DNA of 64,000 nt from Octopus bimaculoides (GCF_001194135.2 NC_069000.1:10838912-10902911), one strand, 5' to 3'; shown: positions 1 through 13,061, counted from the first letter of the stretch. Numbers and translations are program-made. The notes: generated by a model not told the origin, from the sequence alone.

Positions 1-185
1 TTTTGGTAGGAGGGGGTAAGTCAATTACATCGACCCCAGTGTTCAACCGGTACTTATTTTATCGACTCCTGAAAGGATGAAAGGTAAAGTTGACCTCAGC
101 TCTATTTGAACTCAGAACATAAAGAAGAACAAAACCTGCTAAGCGTTTTTGTCTGGCATGCTAACAATTCTGCCAGCTTGCTGCC
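1..185 (-). mobile_element. OK-like tRNA-derived SINE (3' end runs off window)
   Basis: Reverse complement reads ggcagcaagctggcagaattgttagcatgcc...gagttcaaat (A/B-box-like head) then ctttcatcctttcagg...gataaaataagtaccgg; same body recurs >10 times in window. Confidence 0.85.
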
Positions 186-240
<55 letters not shown>

Positions 241-330
241 TGGTGGTGGTGGTGGTGGTAGTGGTTGTAGTGGTTGTAGTGGTAGTAGTAGTGGTAGTGG
301 TAGTGGTAGTTGTTGTAGTTATTGTTGTTT
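186..330. repeat. (GTA)n/(GGT)n microsatellite
   Basis: Direct reading; source of the poly-S/T/Y ORFs at 102-472. Confidence 0.95.
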
Positions 331-988
331 CTGACATAGGCACATAGCCAACGATTTGAGTTGGGGTGGAACACGTGGTTGTACTGACCCTACGTATTTG
401 ACCCTTAGTTTTATTTTTTATTGATCCAGGAGGAAACAAAAACAATGTAAGTCGAGGCAAGATTTCGAACATGAAGTAGATACCGAAAGATGCTTTTTTG
501 TTCAGTGCTTTACCATGATAACATTAATAATAGCTGTAGCAATAAATATAATGATCGAGATACCTGTGGATGAACGTAAATTAATGATGATTGTGATTGT
601 GATTGCGATTATAATCATGTTGATCATTATGGTGATGAGAGCAGTTACAGTGGTCGTTTCGTTGCTCATAATTGAAAGTACCATTGCAATGTGTGTCATG
701 AAATCTTTAGCACTGCATCTAAAGGGATTTTGTATCACATAACATCCCCTTTCTCTCTTCTCTCCTTCTCCTTCTCTCCTCCTCCTTCCCCCCTATTTAC
801 ACCAAAAGCTCCGTTCTATTTTTGGTGATATCAGAAACTCTTCACGCATTTCAGCTATGTTACTAAAGAAATCTTCGCTCACAGAAAAGAAAGATGTCTA
901 GCACAAAAACAACTAAGCTGTCATTTCACAAACATTTATGTTATGTTCTTGTATATCTTTCATCTTTTTCTTTCCCTCTCCATCTATC

Positions 989-1036
<48 letters not shown>

Positions 1037-1065
1037 TACATAAGTGTATGTATTATATATATATA

Positions 1066-1518
1066 NNNNNNNNNNNNNNNNNNNNNNNNNNNNNNNNNNN
1101 NNNNNNNNNNNNNNNNNNNNNNNNNNNNNNNNNNNNNNNNNNNNNNNNNNNNNNNNNNNNNNNNNNNNNNNNNNNNNNNNNNNNNNNNNNNNNNNNNNNN
1201 NNNNNNNNNNNNNNNNNNNNNNNNNNNNNNNNNNNNNNNNNNNNNNNNNNNNNNNNNNNNNNNNNNNNNNNNNNNNNNNNNNNNNNNNNNNNNNNNNNNN
1301 NNNNNNNNNNNNNNNNNNNNNNNNNNNNNNNNNNNNNNNNNNNNNNNNNNNNNNNNNNNNNNNNNNNNNNNNNNNNNNNNNNNNNNNNNNNNNNNNNNNN
1401 NNNNNNNNNNNNNNNNNNNNNNNNNNNNNNNNNNNNNNNNNNNNNNNNNNNNNNNNNNNNNNNNNNNNNNNNNNNNNNNNNNNNNNNNNNNNNNNNNNNN
1501 NNNNNNNNNNNNNNNNNN
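1066..1518. other. Assembly gap (N run) flanked by (TA)n
   Basis: N characters; further large gaps at 23555-24218, 33281-33398, 40107-40485, 53525-53917, 58920-59112, 59823-60462, most abutting simple repeats or homopolymer runs. Confidence 1.
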
Positions 1519-1540
1519 TATATATATATATATATATATA

Positions 1541-1720
1541 CACTTGTTGTTTCAGTTGCTCTGTGGCCATGCTGGGGCAGCACCTTGGTGGGTTTTAGTC
1601 ATCTGTATCAATTTCAGTACTTATTTTAACCATTAATATTTATTGCACTGCTAAGTTAAGGATGATAGACAGTTGCTGTATGTTTGTCTTTCTGTTGGTG
1701 TCAGATCTAAGCAGGCAAAG
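1541..1720 (-). mobile_element. Decayed 3' half of family A SINE
   Basis: cttgttgtttcagttgctctgtggccatgctggggcagcacc matches reverse complement of the family A tail. Confidence 0.7.
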
Positions 1721-1774
1721 CAGCATACATACAAACACACACACACACACACACACACTCTCTTACATGTATGT

Positions 1775-2140
1775 AGACCACCTCCCAACCACATGCCTCT
1801 GGTTCAATCCTCCACAGAACACCTTCGGCAAGTGGGCCAACCAAAACCTTGGGAGTAGATTTGGTAGATGGAAACTGAACGAAGCTCATCATGTATACTG
1901 GAGTTGGCTGTCTCTTTGCGTTGACCTTGTGCTATACCTGCAAACGAGCATGACTGCATTACAAGCTATGTCATTCATTTCTAATCTTTCTGGGGAGACC
2001 TGTTCAGTTATGGGGGGGGGGCAAAAATTAGCTTGCTCGGAAACAGGTGAGTGTTAGCAACAAGAACGGCATCCAGCTGTAGAAAATCTACCTCAATACT
2101 ATCCAATCCGTGATGACATTGAAAAGTACACATTAAAATG
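1775..2140 (+). mobile_element. Decayed family B SINE (A-type head, RTE-type tail)
   Basis: cccaaccacatg...ggcaagt...gatttggtagatggaaactg head followed by aacggcatccagctgtagaaaatctacctcaa...cattaaaatg tail. Confidence 0.65.
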
Positions 2141-2167
2141 CTCATTAAAAGGATGGTGATATATAAG

Positions 2168-2209
<42 letters not shown>

Positions 2210-2655
2210 AACACACACACATGGATACATTCACATATATTTATATAATCTATTTTTCTATCAACTTTCTGTATCTTATCTGCCTTTGTCTTTATCATAT
2301 CTATCCTTTGTTTCTTTCTTTCTTTCTTCTCGTTTTTAGTTTTCTTTTCTCTCCATCTTTATCTGTTCATATCTTTTCTATCTCTTCTCCTCCCCCAATT
2401 TTTATTTATTATTTTGTTGTTGTCTTTGTTCAGTTCCTCTATTCTCTTCTTCTCAAGATATTGTTTTAGTTTATGATATTTTGCAAAACTGTGTAAGCCT
2501 GTCAAGAGTTGTGTAGCAAACTGCAGTCTTCAGAGAGCACTCCTATATTTTCAGGAATATTTTCTGCCAGTTTCACTAAGATAGCTTCAATTTCTCCCCT
2601 CCTCATCATTCACCCCCAGTACACAGGAGCTGTTGCCTTGTTTGTATGTGCATGC

Positions 2656-2779
2656 CAGTGTTTCTCAACCTTTTTTACCCTTACATAACCCTTAAAATAA
2701 ATGACATGTTTCAAGGAACCCCACCGCAAAAAGAAATTATCTACCATATCTTTCTCATCGTAGTTCACGTGGTAAATAA

Positions 2780-2814
<35 letters not shown>

Positions 2815-3022
2815 GGTTGTTATATTTGTTTTTGATAACATAATAGGTTAGATAGGATGATGTCTATATTACAAGATTACAATAATTAATAATATGTTTT
2901 GTATGTATAGTAATATTACAATCATGAAATTAGCATTAGCTTATCTCACATCTTTCTCACGGAACCCCTAGGAACCTTTTGGAGAACCTGGGGTTCCAGG
3001 GAACCCTGGGTGAGAAACGTTG
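2656..3022. mobile_element. hAT (Charlie-like) MITE
   Basis: TIR cagtgtttctcaacc (2656-2670) vs gggtgagaaacgttg (3008-3022, 12/15 match); 8-bp TSD gtgcatgc / gtgtatgc (7/8). Confidence 0.85.
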
Positions 3023-3237
3023 GTGTATGCTTTCTAAAACCCTGAGGCATAAACCAAACTGACTGCTTCTGTAAAGGACTTTGTCGACCTTTTTCGACCA
3101 TAAATGGTTGCACAATCATCTTTACTAGTTTTGTTACCATTTGGTTCACGCTCATCTGTTACATTATACCTTCTTTTAGAATTTCTGTAATTTTGCATGG
3201 TCCAAGAGAGAATACAGGAGAGAGAGAAAAATGGTAC

Positions 3238-3628
3238 AGGCATGGCTGTGTGATTAAGAAGCTCACTTTGTAACACATGGCTTCAGGTTCAGTCCCACTA
3301 TGCAGCACCTTGGGCAAGTGTTTTCTACTATAGCCCCAGGCTGACCAATATCTTGTGAGCGAATTTGATAAATGGAAACTGTGAGGAAGCCCATCATATA
3401 TATGTGTCTATATATATTTTTGTTTGTGTTCCCCACTCCAGCATGTTTGATTGACAATTGGTGTTGGTTTGTTTACATCTCTGTAACATAGCATTTTCAC
3501 AAAAAAAGGACCAACAGAAAAAGTACCAGACTTAAAAATAAGTACTGGAGTCTATTCTTTTGACTTAAACTCTTCAAGGTGGTGCCCCAGAATGGCCACA
3601 GTCCAAGGACTGAAACAAGTACAGAAAA
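3238..3628 (+). mobile_element. Full-length family A SINE (tRNA head, CORE-like, microsatellite, tail)
   Basis: A-box tggctgtgtg, B-box ggttcagtccc, caccttgggcaagtg (CORE/MIR-like), internal TA tract, tail ending gactgaaacaagta. Confidence 0.9.
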
Positions 3629-3868
3629 CAAAAAAAGGAAAACAGGAAGTGATTTTTCTGGGTTGAAGATTATGGTAGGTTGCAGCAATATTTTATATAC
3701 AGAACCAGATTTTTGATGGTGTAGCCTGATTTTTAAAAAAATCTTATTTGTTTTTTGCTCTTTTTTTTTTTTTTTTATATTCCATTTACTTGACGACTCT
3801 AACAAAATGTATGTCCATTCATCCTACCAGATGTCCCATCTTTCCTATCACTTCTCAAACTTACATAC

Positions 3869-3911
3869 CCCCACCATCGATTACGGCTGGGGTCACGCTG
3901 ACCTGCTGCAT
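3869..3911 (-). CDS. Candidate short coding exon MQQVSVTPAVIDGG (unidentified)
   Basis: ATG at 3911, open frame to overlapping donors G|GTATGTAAGT (exon end 3869 or 3865); unique sequence; no homology recognised. Confidence 0.22.
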
Positions 3912-4351
3912 TCCAGTCTCTGTTCTACCGTTTTTACCATTTGTTGTTGCTGAACTGGAATACTCCAGGAGTTTAATGTTGCCGTCGCCAAAGTGTAGAT
4001 TATATGCAGTAATGCTGGTGGTGTTGTTGTTTTTGTGTGCATAAGCATGAAATGAGCAAAGAGGGCAGCATTAATCTCAAATATTCGTGGCATGGTTTTA
4101 ATTTCACTTATCTAAATTTGTCTCGGCTGACATTAAAAACGAACAAATAATTCCACAGATTCAGTGATTCAAAGCCTATAGCTTCAGGTTTGGTCCATAG
4201 GGGGCTTAGCGATGTCACTTCTCTCTCTACATCACCATCATCATCATCATCATCATCAACAGCAACAGCAGCAGCAACAGTTCAGCTTACTAGTTGATTA
4301 TATATAAATATATATATATATATGTGTGTACATGTATTTGTATGTGCTTGC

Positions 4352-4428
<77 letters not shown>

Positions 4429-5914
4429 TATATAGATATATATATATTAATGTATATGTTATAAATTTATGTGTGACTGTGAGCACATATATAATGATAA
4501 ATGTATATTCATAGTTATGAAAATGTATGTATACATTATCATCGTATATAGCTGTCAGTTCTAAATAAGATCAATTTATCTCTCTGCCTTTCTCTCTCTC
4601 TCTCTCTCTCTTTCTCACCCCCTCTTTCTCTCATCCACCACTACCACCACCAACAACAACAACAACTGCCAACCACCCTCCTTCATCCATTTTCTGTTCC
4701 TCTCGTTTCTCTATCCAGTAGCCAATATATCAGGCTTGTCTCAATTCTCACAAGTATATGGAAAGCCAATACGTCTACTTTCAGATTTTCTGAAGGTTAA
4801 TATTCTCATCCATCACGTGGCCCTCCAGCAGCTTGTATATCACTCTCATCTCATTTTGCTGTGGAACTTCCTTTCACAGATGTCACTGGTATTTGCTGGT
4901 GACAAAAATTATGGCTACTTGGCAATGGTCATTTTTCGATTCAGATTTTCTTTTTACCTTCAGTTTGTGACAGTATCCCCTCCTCCTTTGCGGAGGGAAT
5001 TATTTAATCAATATTTGATTTAATAAGCTGTCAAGAGATTAATTTAACACCTATAGTTTAATTAGCCAACTTTCACCATGGCTTGATTGTAAAATTAATT
5101 CTTCTGTGACTGTACTTGTAATGAAATACTGTCTTATACATTTCATTCCATTTTGAAAATTATCAAGAATTTGGAGATATTTAGCAGAAGTGTTCCTATG
5201 GCCATTAAGACTGCTGGTCTTCCATTTCAACCTTGCCCAGACTTGTGCCTCAGAGAATAACTTTCTAGATGCAATCCCATTGTCATTCATGACCGAAGGG
5301 GTTCTAATGCTTGATATAATAACCTGAATACTAAAGGGTTAAGAACATAGAAAAAGGGCCTTATATTGAATTATGGTTTGCTCTTTACCACTTGGTCCCA
5401 GTTCAGTTCCACTTCACAGTATCCTTATTTAAGTATCTGCTAGTATACCCCTCCTTCCTTTTTTTTCAAGTAAAAGGGTGTAATTTGAGGAAGGTTTTTC
5501 CCAGCAGCTATTTCTAGCAAGTTGAACAACCATGTAGAGGTCTGCTGCTCTACTCTGGCTGAATTATCATTAGAAAGGATGATCCAACTGTCAGAGAGGC
5601 ATTATGACAACAAATGGCATCTGATCCAAGCAGTCATTGAAGGATTAACTTGAAACAGCAAAAACAAGCTGTAGGGAATAAATTAGTCGTAAAATAATTT
5701 GATTGGAGATCAAAGAAAAGGATTGGTTAACTGGCAACATGTTTGATGGCTTGCAATTCCTGAATTTGTAATCTTCTGAGGATGACTTAACTTTTCATCG
5801 TTGCAGAGTTGATTAGAATAATTAACGCCCTTTTATGTATTGCTGGAGTATGAAGTCAAAATGTAGAACTTGTGACACTGTCACTTTGGTCAGCCTAATC
5901 ATTTTACTGTTAGA

Positions 5915-6063
5915 CACAGGCGTGGCTGTGTGGTTAAGAACGCCTCCTAATGATGTGGTCTTGGGTTCAGTCTCACTGTGTAATACTTCAGGCAAGCGTC
6001 TTCTACTACCAGACCAAAGCCTTGTGAATTGAATTTGTGTGATGGAAAGGGAAAGAAGTGCAT

Positions 6064-6105
<42 letters not shown>

Positions 6106-6345
6106 TGTGGTGTGTGTGTTTGTGTCTTGACAGTGCATGGTAGCTGTAAACAAGTGTCCCCATCATACAAGTGGTGTCATTTGTTTCTAATCTTCCTTAA
6201 AAACATATTTGATCAGGAGGAAATGTTATCTCATTTGGAAAACAAATGAGGGTTTGCAAAAGGAAGGGCATCTGGCCATAAAATGCTTGTGCCAAGGAAT
6301 TCGGTCATATCCATGCAAGTATGACATGACCTGAACTGACCTGGG
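5915..6345 (+). mobile_element. Family B SINE
   Basis: ggcgtggctgtgtggttaag head, TA tract, then gtcttgacag...aggaagggcatctggcc...ccatgcaagtatg tail. Confidence 0.8.
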
Positions 6346-6599
6346 CCATAGACTGGCCAAAATCTTTGTTTGAAGCACATTTAGTAAATATTTTAGTAAA
6401 CATTCCACAGTATCAGATTTATACCTTACAATTCTAAGATCAAGACTTGGCAAAGTTGATGAAGGCTTTTAACACACTGGGATCAATAAAGTAATTAATC
6501 AATAAAAGCATGGTTCCAGAAATTTAAAGTGATTGATTCGGCCCTTTTTTTTTTTTTCAACATAACCCGATGTCCTTTGATACAGTGTTTTTGCAGCAG

Positions 6600-6915
6600 T
6601 TTGTCTTGTGGAACCCATGACTGTCTTGTAGATCCCACTTCACAAGTGTCTGGGGTTAGAGTGGGAGTTCCACTCTTGTATAAAAGAAATATCTCCCTTG
6701 ATATTAAAGCCATGCTGAATGATTCATAATTATTGATTTTCTTTGGCTGATAAATTCTGTCCGACTTTCGGAAACAGCCTTGAGTGTCTTTTATCAAGAG
6801 AGTTCTCTTGGATTGTAATATTCTTTTGTGGATTGCTATAACTAAGCTGTCCTTCTCTCCCATGAGGCCTATTTACAGTTTGATGGAGTTAAGTGTCCTG
6901 GCCATTAAAAGTGTG
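6600..6915 (-). pseudogene. Decayed non-LTR retrotransposon reverse-transcriptase fragment
   Basis: Minus frame gives ...IAIHKRILQSKRTLLIKDTQGCFRKSDR, resembling the LINE RT pattern IIHKRL...LI..Q.GFR..RS; just upstream a shifted frame gives TPSNC (P.NYRPI-like). Confidence 0.5.
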
Positions 6916-6944
6916 CAGTACCAGCAATATCTGATGAAGATCTG

Positions 6945-7131
6945 TATTTGGCCCAAATATTCTGCATGTTTTCTGTTAAAACTGGCCAGATCTAGCACCT
7001 TGCGCCTACCCTACAATGTCGTTCTAAAAAATAAGTAATCACATCATTGAAATCACAGAGCTGCCAGATAATACATGAATTAATTCAAAGTAATGCTAAC
7101 AGATAAGCATTACATCTGATAGAGTAATCTG
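6945..7131 (-). mobile_element. Truncated copy of the TTAA MITE seen at 33768
   Basis: ggcccaaatattct...aaactggccagatc...cctaccctacaatgtc...gagtaatctga is the reverse complement of the 33768-33980 body. Confidence 0.8.
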
Positions 7132-7392
7132 ACTATTATTTTTAGCAGATTGAATGATGTCAGTAAAGTCCCATCATTGAATCGGTACATGTAAAGCTAT
7201 TCAGAAAGATAATGGCAATAATCATAACAATGCTGATTTTCAGGAAAAATCCAGCAAATTTAAAAAATAATTTCTAGATTAATTATACCCCACCCCCTGT
7301 TCCTTTGCAATAAAGTGCACTTGCTCTAACTTTCTGATAGTCTCCAAACAACGCAACACTTACCAACCTATGATGATACTTAAGTGGGTTTT

Positions 7393-7452
<60 letters not shown>

Positions 7453-7864
7453 CATGCTGTATCACCATTGAATGGTGTAAACAGTCCACTGAGTTTGCCG
7501 TCGGTTTTCAAGAAATTAGAATTTATATATTCTATTACATAAAACTATAGGAATCTACTGGAAAACCAGGAAGCCACCAATGAGATGCGAGTTGAAAAAG
7601 AATGTTTTTTTCTTTCTTGTTCTTTTTCTTCTTTTTATATCTGAATAATGTACTTGCATATATTATTTGTGCAAATGCAGTTTCTAAGTATGACTATCGC
7701 GTGTGTATGTGTGTGCATTGAAAAACTAGTAGTTTCTTATATCGTATGTGTGTGTGTGTGTGTATACATACATATATATATATATGTGTGTGTGTGTATA
7801 TATGTACATACACATGTATATATATATATGTACATATATATATATACATATGTATGTGTATATA

Positions 7865-7911
<47 letters not shown>

Positions 7912-8029
7912 ATGCATTTAAATTTACAAATCAGAAAGAAAAGTATTCAACACTTGTAATGCTTTATTCATTTATTCTCTGCAGAAACTTCCGTTTCATT
8001 TTCGATGTTTTTTACTACATCGTCATCAT

Positions 8030-8195
8030 CACCGTCATCATCATCATTTAAAATACATTCTCCATACTGGCGTGGGTTGGACAGTTTGGCAGGATCCAGC
8101 AAACGGCGGGATTGCAGTCAAGCTTCAGTGTGAGCTTTGACATGGTTCCTACAGCTGGATGCCCTTTCCTGACACCAATCACTTTATAGCGTGTC
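8030..8195 (-). mobile_element. RTE LINE 3' end (family C), decayed
   Basis: (cat)n, catactggcgtgggttggac...ctacagctggatgccctttcctgacacc; same module as 44735-45098. Confidence 0.75.
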
Positions 8196-8210
8196 TGTAC
8201 TGCTCTCCTG

Positions 8211-8405
8211 CTTTTTTTGTTTCAGTCATTTGACTGTAGCCATGCTGGAGCTCCGCCTTTAGTTGAACAGATCAACCCCAGAACTTTTTCGTTGTAAGTC
8301 TAGTACTTATCCTATCGGTCTCTTGTACCGAACCACTAAGATATGGGAATGTAAGCACACCAGCATTGGTTGTCGAGTGATGGTGTTGGGGACAAACACA
8401 GACAC

Positions 8406-8444
<39 letters not shown>

Positions 8445-8593
8445 GCTTCTTACAGTTTCCATCTACCAAATCCACTCATAAGGCTTTGGTCAGTCTGAGG
8501 CTTTGGTAGAAGACATGTGCCCAAGGTGCCATGCAGCGACCAAACCCGGAACCAAGTGATTGGTAAGCAAGCTCCTTACCACACAGCCACTCC
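8211..8593 (-). mobile_element. Full-length family A SINE
   Basis: Complete reverse-complement tail, TA tract and head (...ccacacagccactcc). Confidence 0.92.
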
Positions 8594-9523
8594 TGCACCT
8601 AGTTTTTTTTTTTTTTTTTTTTTTTTTNNNNNNNNNNTTTTTTTTTTTTTTTTTTTCTTTTTATGGTGGGTACTGTAAGCGCTAGTGAGGTTACTTAAGA
8701 AACTTGCTGGGCAAGAAAAATCTTCTTTAAGTCGTTGAGAGTATTTGCAACAACAGGGAGGTAGCTTTGTACCAGGTGTTGAAAGGCTAAAGTATGATGG
8801 AGACTAAAGTATGTGTACACATACATAAACCCATATCATTGTACAAAGACACACACATGCATACATGTACATATATACACATACATATATGTATCTGTGT
8901 TTACATAACAGATTTTACTGAGTAACCTCAATCTGCTCGTTTAGTTTTAAATTTAAAGTATTAGAGATGTGTTGCTATTTTAAATCAGTAAGTCGTTTAA
9001 AAAATTAATTTAAACTGGTTGTTTCTTTTCATTCATATTAATTTTACTTCAATGTTGCGTCTGTTTAGATTTTTATTTTTCCTAAATTTGAAAGACATTT
9101 TGTTTTTTATTGTTCTTTGTTTTCCTGTTAAAAGTAAAACGTCTTATCTCCATAAGCCTCTTCTAACATATTTATTTATTCAGTTAGTTATTTAGTTATT
9201 TGCTTCTTCAATGTTTTTTCTCAAAAATGCTGGGTTTGGATATTTAATCTGCTAATTTGAATTATTATTTGTGTACAGCAGCAGTGGTGGTGGTGGTGGT
9301 GACGCCGGCACAGCAAGCAGTGTTGATTGGTGGTAGTGGCAATGATCGTGTTAATAATGGCGTTCATGCCAGTAGTGGTGGTCATATTAATAATAGTGGC
9401 GCTGGTCGTCATTATATCAATAGTATTGGTAACAGTGGTGAGGGTTGCATGAATGGTGTTGGCATTGGCGCTGGTGCTGGTTAGCAGTTGTGTTGATGGT
9501 ATTAATACTGGCAGTAGTAGTAA

Positions 9524-9715
9524 GGCAACAAGATGGCAGATTCGTTATCATGCCGAGCAAAATGCTTAGCTGCATCTCGTCTGTCTTTACATTCCGAGTT
9601 CAAATTCCGCTGAGGCCGACTTTGTCTTTCATCATTTCGGGAGCAATGAAATAATAAGTATCAGTTATGTCCTGGCTCAGCGTATTAACGATTCTGTCAG
9701 CTCGCCCACCTTCTA
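9524..9715 (+). mobile_element. OK-like SINE
   Basis: aaggcaacaagatggcagattcgttatc...gagttcaaattccgctgaggccgactttgtctttcatc. Confidence 0.85.
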
Positions 9716-10854
9716 ATATTTAGTAATAACAATAGTACTAATAGCTGTTGTTGTAATTATTGTGCTTTACTGCTAACAATTTAGAAAACTAAAAGCTAAA
9801 AAGAAACAAATCTGTTATCCCCTCCTCCACCACCCAGCCCCCNNNNNNNNNNNNNNNNNNNNNNNNNNNNNNNNNNNNNNNNNNNNNNNNNNNNNNCCCC
9901 AAAAAAAAATTGTAGCAGTGGTAATTGTTTCCTTTGATTTAATTGGATTTTTGTTGGGTTTTTTTTTGTTTTTTTTTAAAATGTGAATGTTATGCTTTGC
10001 TTTTATGGTAGGAGCAGGGCTCAAAAAAAGGGATTGTTAGTTAATCTAATATTGCCCTTCCTAGAATTATAGCAGTAATTATGAGATTGATTCAGTAGAT
10101 TATATACTCGTTATCTGTTGACAAAATAGTTCATTATTTATTACTTTAGAGTACATAGTGCTCCATGATGGAAAAGAGACAATAAATGAATAGGAAAACA
10201 CTCATTCCATTAATTTTTTACAGAATGTTATTATTCTCCATCAGTAAGAAACGTCTCACTTCATAAAATGCATAATTAATATACATAAGGTTACGACATG
10301 CTGATGATTTCTAAAAGGAATGAAATAGTACTATATATGATTATCACTGACTAAAAATATTTGGAACTTCATAAGTTGGCAACAAAACAAAAGTGTAATT
10401 CTATGCATCTTTTTCTTTATTCCTTAATTTCAAATTCAAACTTACTTCAAATCCTACCAAATGTTATGAAGAAATGATTATCTCCCTTGTGTTAAATGTC
10501 TGCTAGAGGACACCACATGTTTAATCATCCATTTTACTTTATATATCTGTAAAGAAATCACTTCTATCCAAACTGATAGGAATACCAGACTTTAAACTGA
10601 AGGGTTTGTGATTCATCTCCTGCTGCTGTTACTATTGTATGTCTGATATCTTTGACACTTATCTCCACATGGCTAAGTCCACTGAGCTTTAACCCAATTG
10701 TTGCCATAGTCAAGAATTTGAAGGGCTTTAGTAAAATAATTAACTCTTTCATTATTAAGCTGATAATTAGAACTTATCCTGGACAAGATATTAAACTGTA
10801 ACTGGTGATGAAGCTTCAGTGTAAGAATTCAGGAGTTTGAGTGAGTAGGGAGTT

Positions 10855-10970
10855 AAACAGACAGAAGGCAATGAAAAGCCACTACTGTATCTATCCCAAG
10901 AAAAGTCGTAAATCCTGAGACTTTGGCATTGAGGTCCATGATCGCCAATGCCTGTTGTCATGGCATGGAT
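10855..10970 (+). mobile_element. Possible ancient RTE-tailed SINE remnant
   Basis: ggcaatgaaaagccactactgtatctatcccaagaaaa...gaggtccatgatcgccaatg resembles, from recall, the RTE-derived ggcaatggcaaaccact...gccaagaaaa...ccatgatcgcc module. Confidence 0.35.
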
Positions 10971-11119
10971 GAGATATTAGAATATAACTTTGTATGTTCT
11001 TACATAAAATTATATTAGGGAGTTTTAATTTCAATATGAACGCATTAAAACTTGGTCACTTTGTATCACATACCTAAGGACAGCCACCGGTAGGCTGGTC
11101 TCAAAAAGATTAAGTTGTT

Positions 11120-11515
11120 TTATCTCAGTTTAGCCACCATTGAGCAGATCTATGAATGAAGGCTTTCCAGTTATAATCACCTCATACTTTCCTTGATCCT
11201 TGTGTATCTAGGACTAGATTATTCAGTGTGCCCTTCTTTTTTCGTATCAGTTTGTGTGATTCATGAGAAAATTAGCTACTATTTCCAGCAGGGCAGGTAA
11301 TAACCACAAAGCTGTTTCATCATTGTTTGCTAATCTATAATTAAAGTATTTCCAGTTATAATCATCTCATCCTTCTCTCCTGCATTGTGTATCTAGGACT
11401 GCATTAATCAATGTATCTCTCCCTGCTCAAGACATTACGCTGCGTGATTTGAGAGAAATTTGGTTGCTATTTCTAGCAGGACAAGTAATAACCACATTGC
11501 TGTTTTCTCATTGTT
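11120..11515. repeat. Old interspersed repeat (family D), tandemly duplicated
   Basis: Motif gatttgag.gaaatt.g.tgctatttctagcagg recurs at about 5500, 11270, 11460, 36140, 38995, 42615, 51510, 56915 (rc), 61735; two about 185-bp units start at 11166 and 11350. Confidence 0.7.
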
Positions 11516-11939
11516 TGCCCAGCTTTAAGTAAATTCCTTGAATGTCTTAATACAATGTTGTACGCAGCAATAACATTAGAATTGATGGTTATTTGGTTGA
11601 CTTGAGATGCTGGGTGCAATTTCAGTCCAATCATTGCAGAGATTTTATTTTTCATTTGCTTAATTCAACAGAAATGGGAAATAAACACTGGTCTGTTGTG
11701 GATCCTTGGGATTTCATTGGAAGATTAACTTCTCAACTAAAGAGTGAAATGTCAGATAACCAAATTATATGAGGAGAAAATTTTACAGGAAATACTTGGG
11801 TTAAAAACCTTAAAATCTTAATAGATTCTTTGTAAGCTTTGGAAAATTAAGTCCTAAGTTAATATTAACAGTGGCGGCACCAAAGATTTACAGGATCGTT
11901 GATGCTGGTGTTTAAGTGATAAACTAACATTGAGCTCCA

Positions 11940-12375
11940 AGTGTTGGTTGTAGCGGTGATGGTGGTGCAATGACAGTTGTAGTGGTGGTGGTGATGGTGT
12001 TGTAGTATTAGCAGCAGGGACAGTGATGACGGAGATGGTGTTGATGGCGGTTATGGTGCAGATAGGGATGAAGGTGGTGGTGTTGGTAGCGGTTTTGGTG
12101 GTGGTGGTGGAGATAGAGATGTTGGGTTAGGTTGTGACAGTGATGGGGATGGTGTTGGCGGTAGTGTTGGTGGTGGTGAAGATGGTTGCGATGATGTTGG
12201 TAGTGGTAGTGGTGGTGGGGAGAGTGGTAGTGGTGGCAGCAATGCTGTGTAACGGCAATGGTCATCCTTGTTGCTTTAGCCTTGGTGGTGGTAGTGGTGG
12301 TGGCTTGTACTCTGCTAGCCTTCATCTGTGCAACAGATTGAATTAATAATAATAATAATAATAATAATCATCATC
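11940..12375. repeat. Degenerate (GGT/GAT)n and (AAT)n low-complexity tract
   Basis: Direct reading; explains His/Pro/Val-rich ORFs at 12008-12516. Confidence 0.9.
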
Positions 12376-12759
12376 ATCATCGCCATCATCATTGGAATGG
12401 TCAAATCTGATGTGTGGTTGCGTGAAGGAGGAGGCGTCGGCTGGGATTGTTTAGCATCATCAGTGGTTGGCGAGAATAGCAAACGGGTAATGAATAGTAG
12501 TCATGATAATATATAACGGCTTGTGATAACAGCGAATTCTACTACACTAGAATCTGTTGTCATATCAACAACAACTGCAGCAGCAGCACGGTAACAACGA
12601 CAACAACGACAACAGGCAGAGCAATAACAACAGTTGCAGTTGGACTGTAATTTAAATAGCAGCTTGTTGATGAGTTTGTCATTTACAGCAGAAGAGACTG
12701 AAAGCAGTACGATGTGTGTGCACGTGTATGCATGCGTGTGTGTGTGTGCATGTGTGCAT

Positions 12760-12797
<38 letters not shown>

Positions 12798-13006
12798 CTG
12801 CTTGTTAAATCTTGCTAATAGCTATTTCAATGTTGATAGCTGCAGCCGTAGCATTAATAGCAGCAGTCAGTGCACTTCTCTCCTCCTCCTCCTCCTCCTT
12901 CCCTGCTATCGACAATCCTGAAACCAACCATTTTTCTGAGCAATTTCACCACTGTGCGGAAATGCTTGTTGCAACAACACCAACCAATGAGTCTTTCTCA
13001 CTCTCT

Positions 13007-13061
<55 letters not shown>

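Noticed and set aside
3238-3310. tRNA-like A/B boxes in SINE heads throughout the window
   Set aside because: No acceptor stem or cloverleaf, and each runs into a SINE body; not tRNA genes.
9221-9484. Gly/Asn/His/Val-rich ORFs here and at 102-742, 12008-12516, 4212-4307
   Set aside because: Translations of degenerate trinucleotide repeats; no domain and no splice context.
10297-10339. CTGATGA...GAAA-tagtactat-A hammerhead-like arrangement
   Set aside because: Stem II starts with U and has an extra base, stems are weak and AT-only; expected by chance in this composition.
10564-10752. ORF starting MKELIILLKPFKFLT, reminiscent of the hAT transposase L..LL.PF...T motif
   Set aside because: Similarity limited to about 14 residues, with no flanking transposase motifs or TIRs.
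12524-12562. 15-bp bulged hairpin tgataacag..attcta/tagaat..ctgttgtca
   Set aside because: Too short for a pre-miRNA and matches no mature miRNA I recognise.
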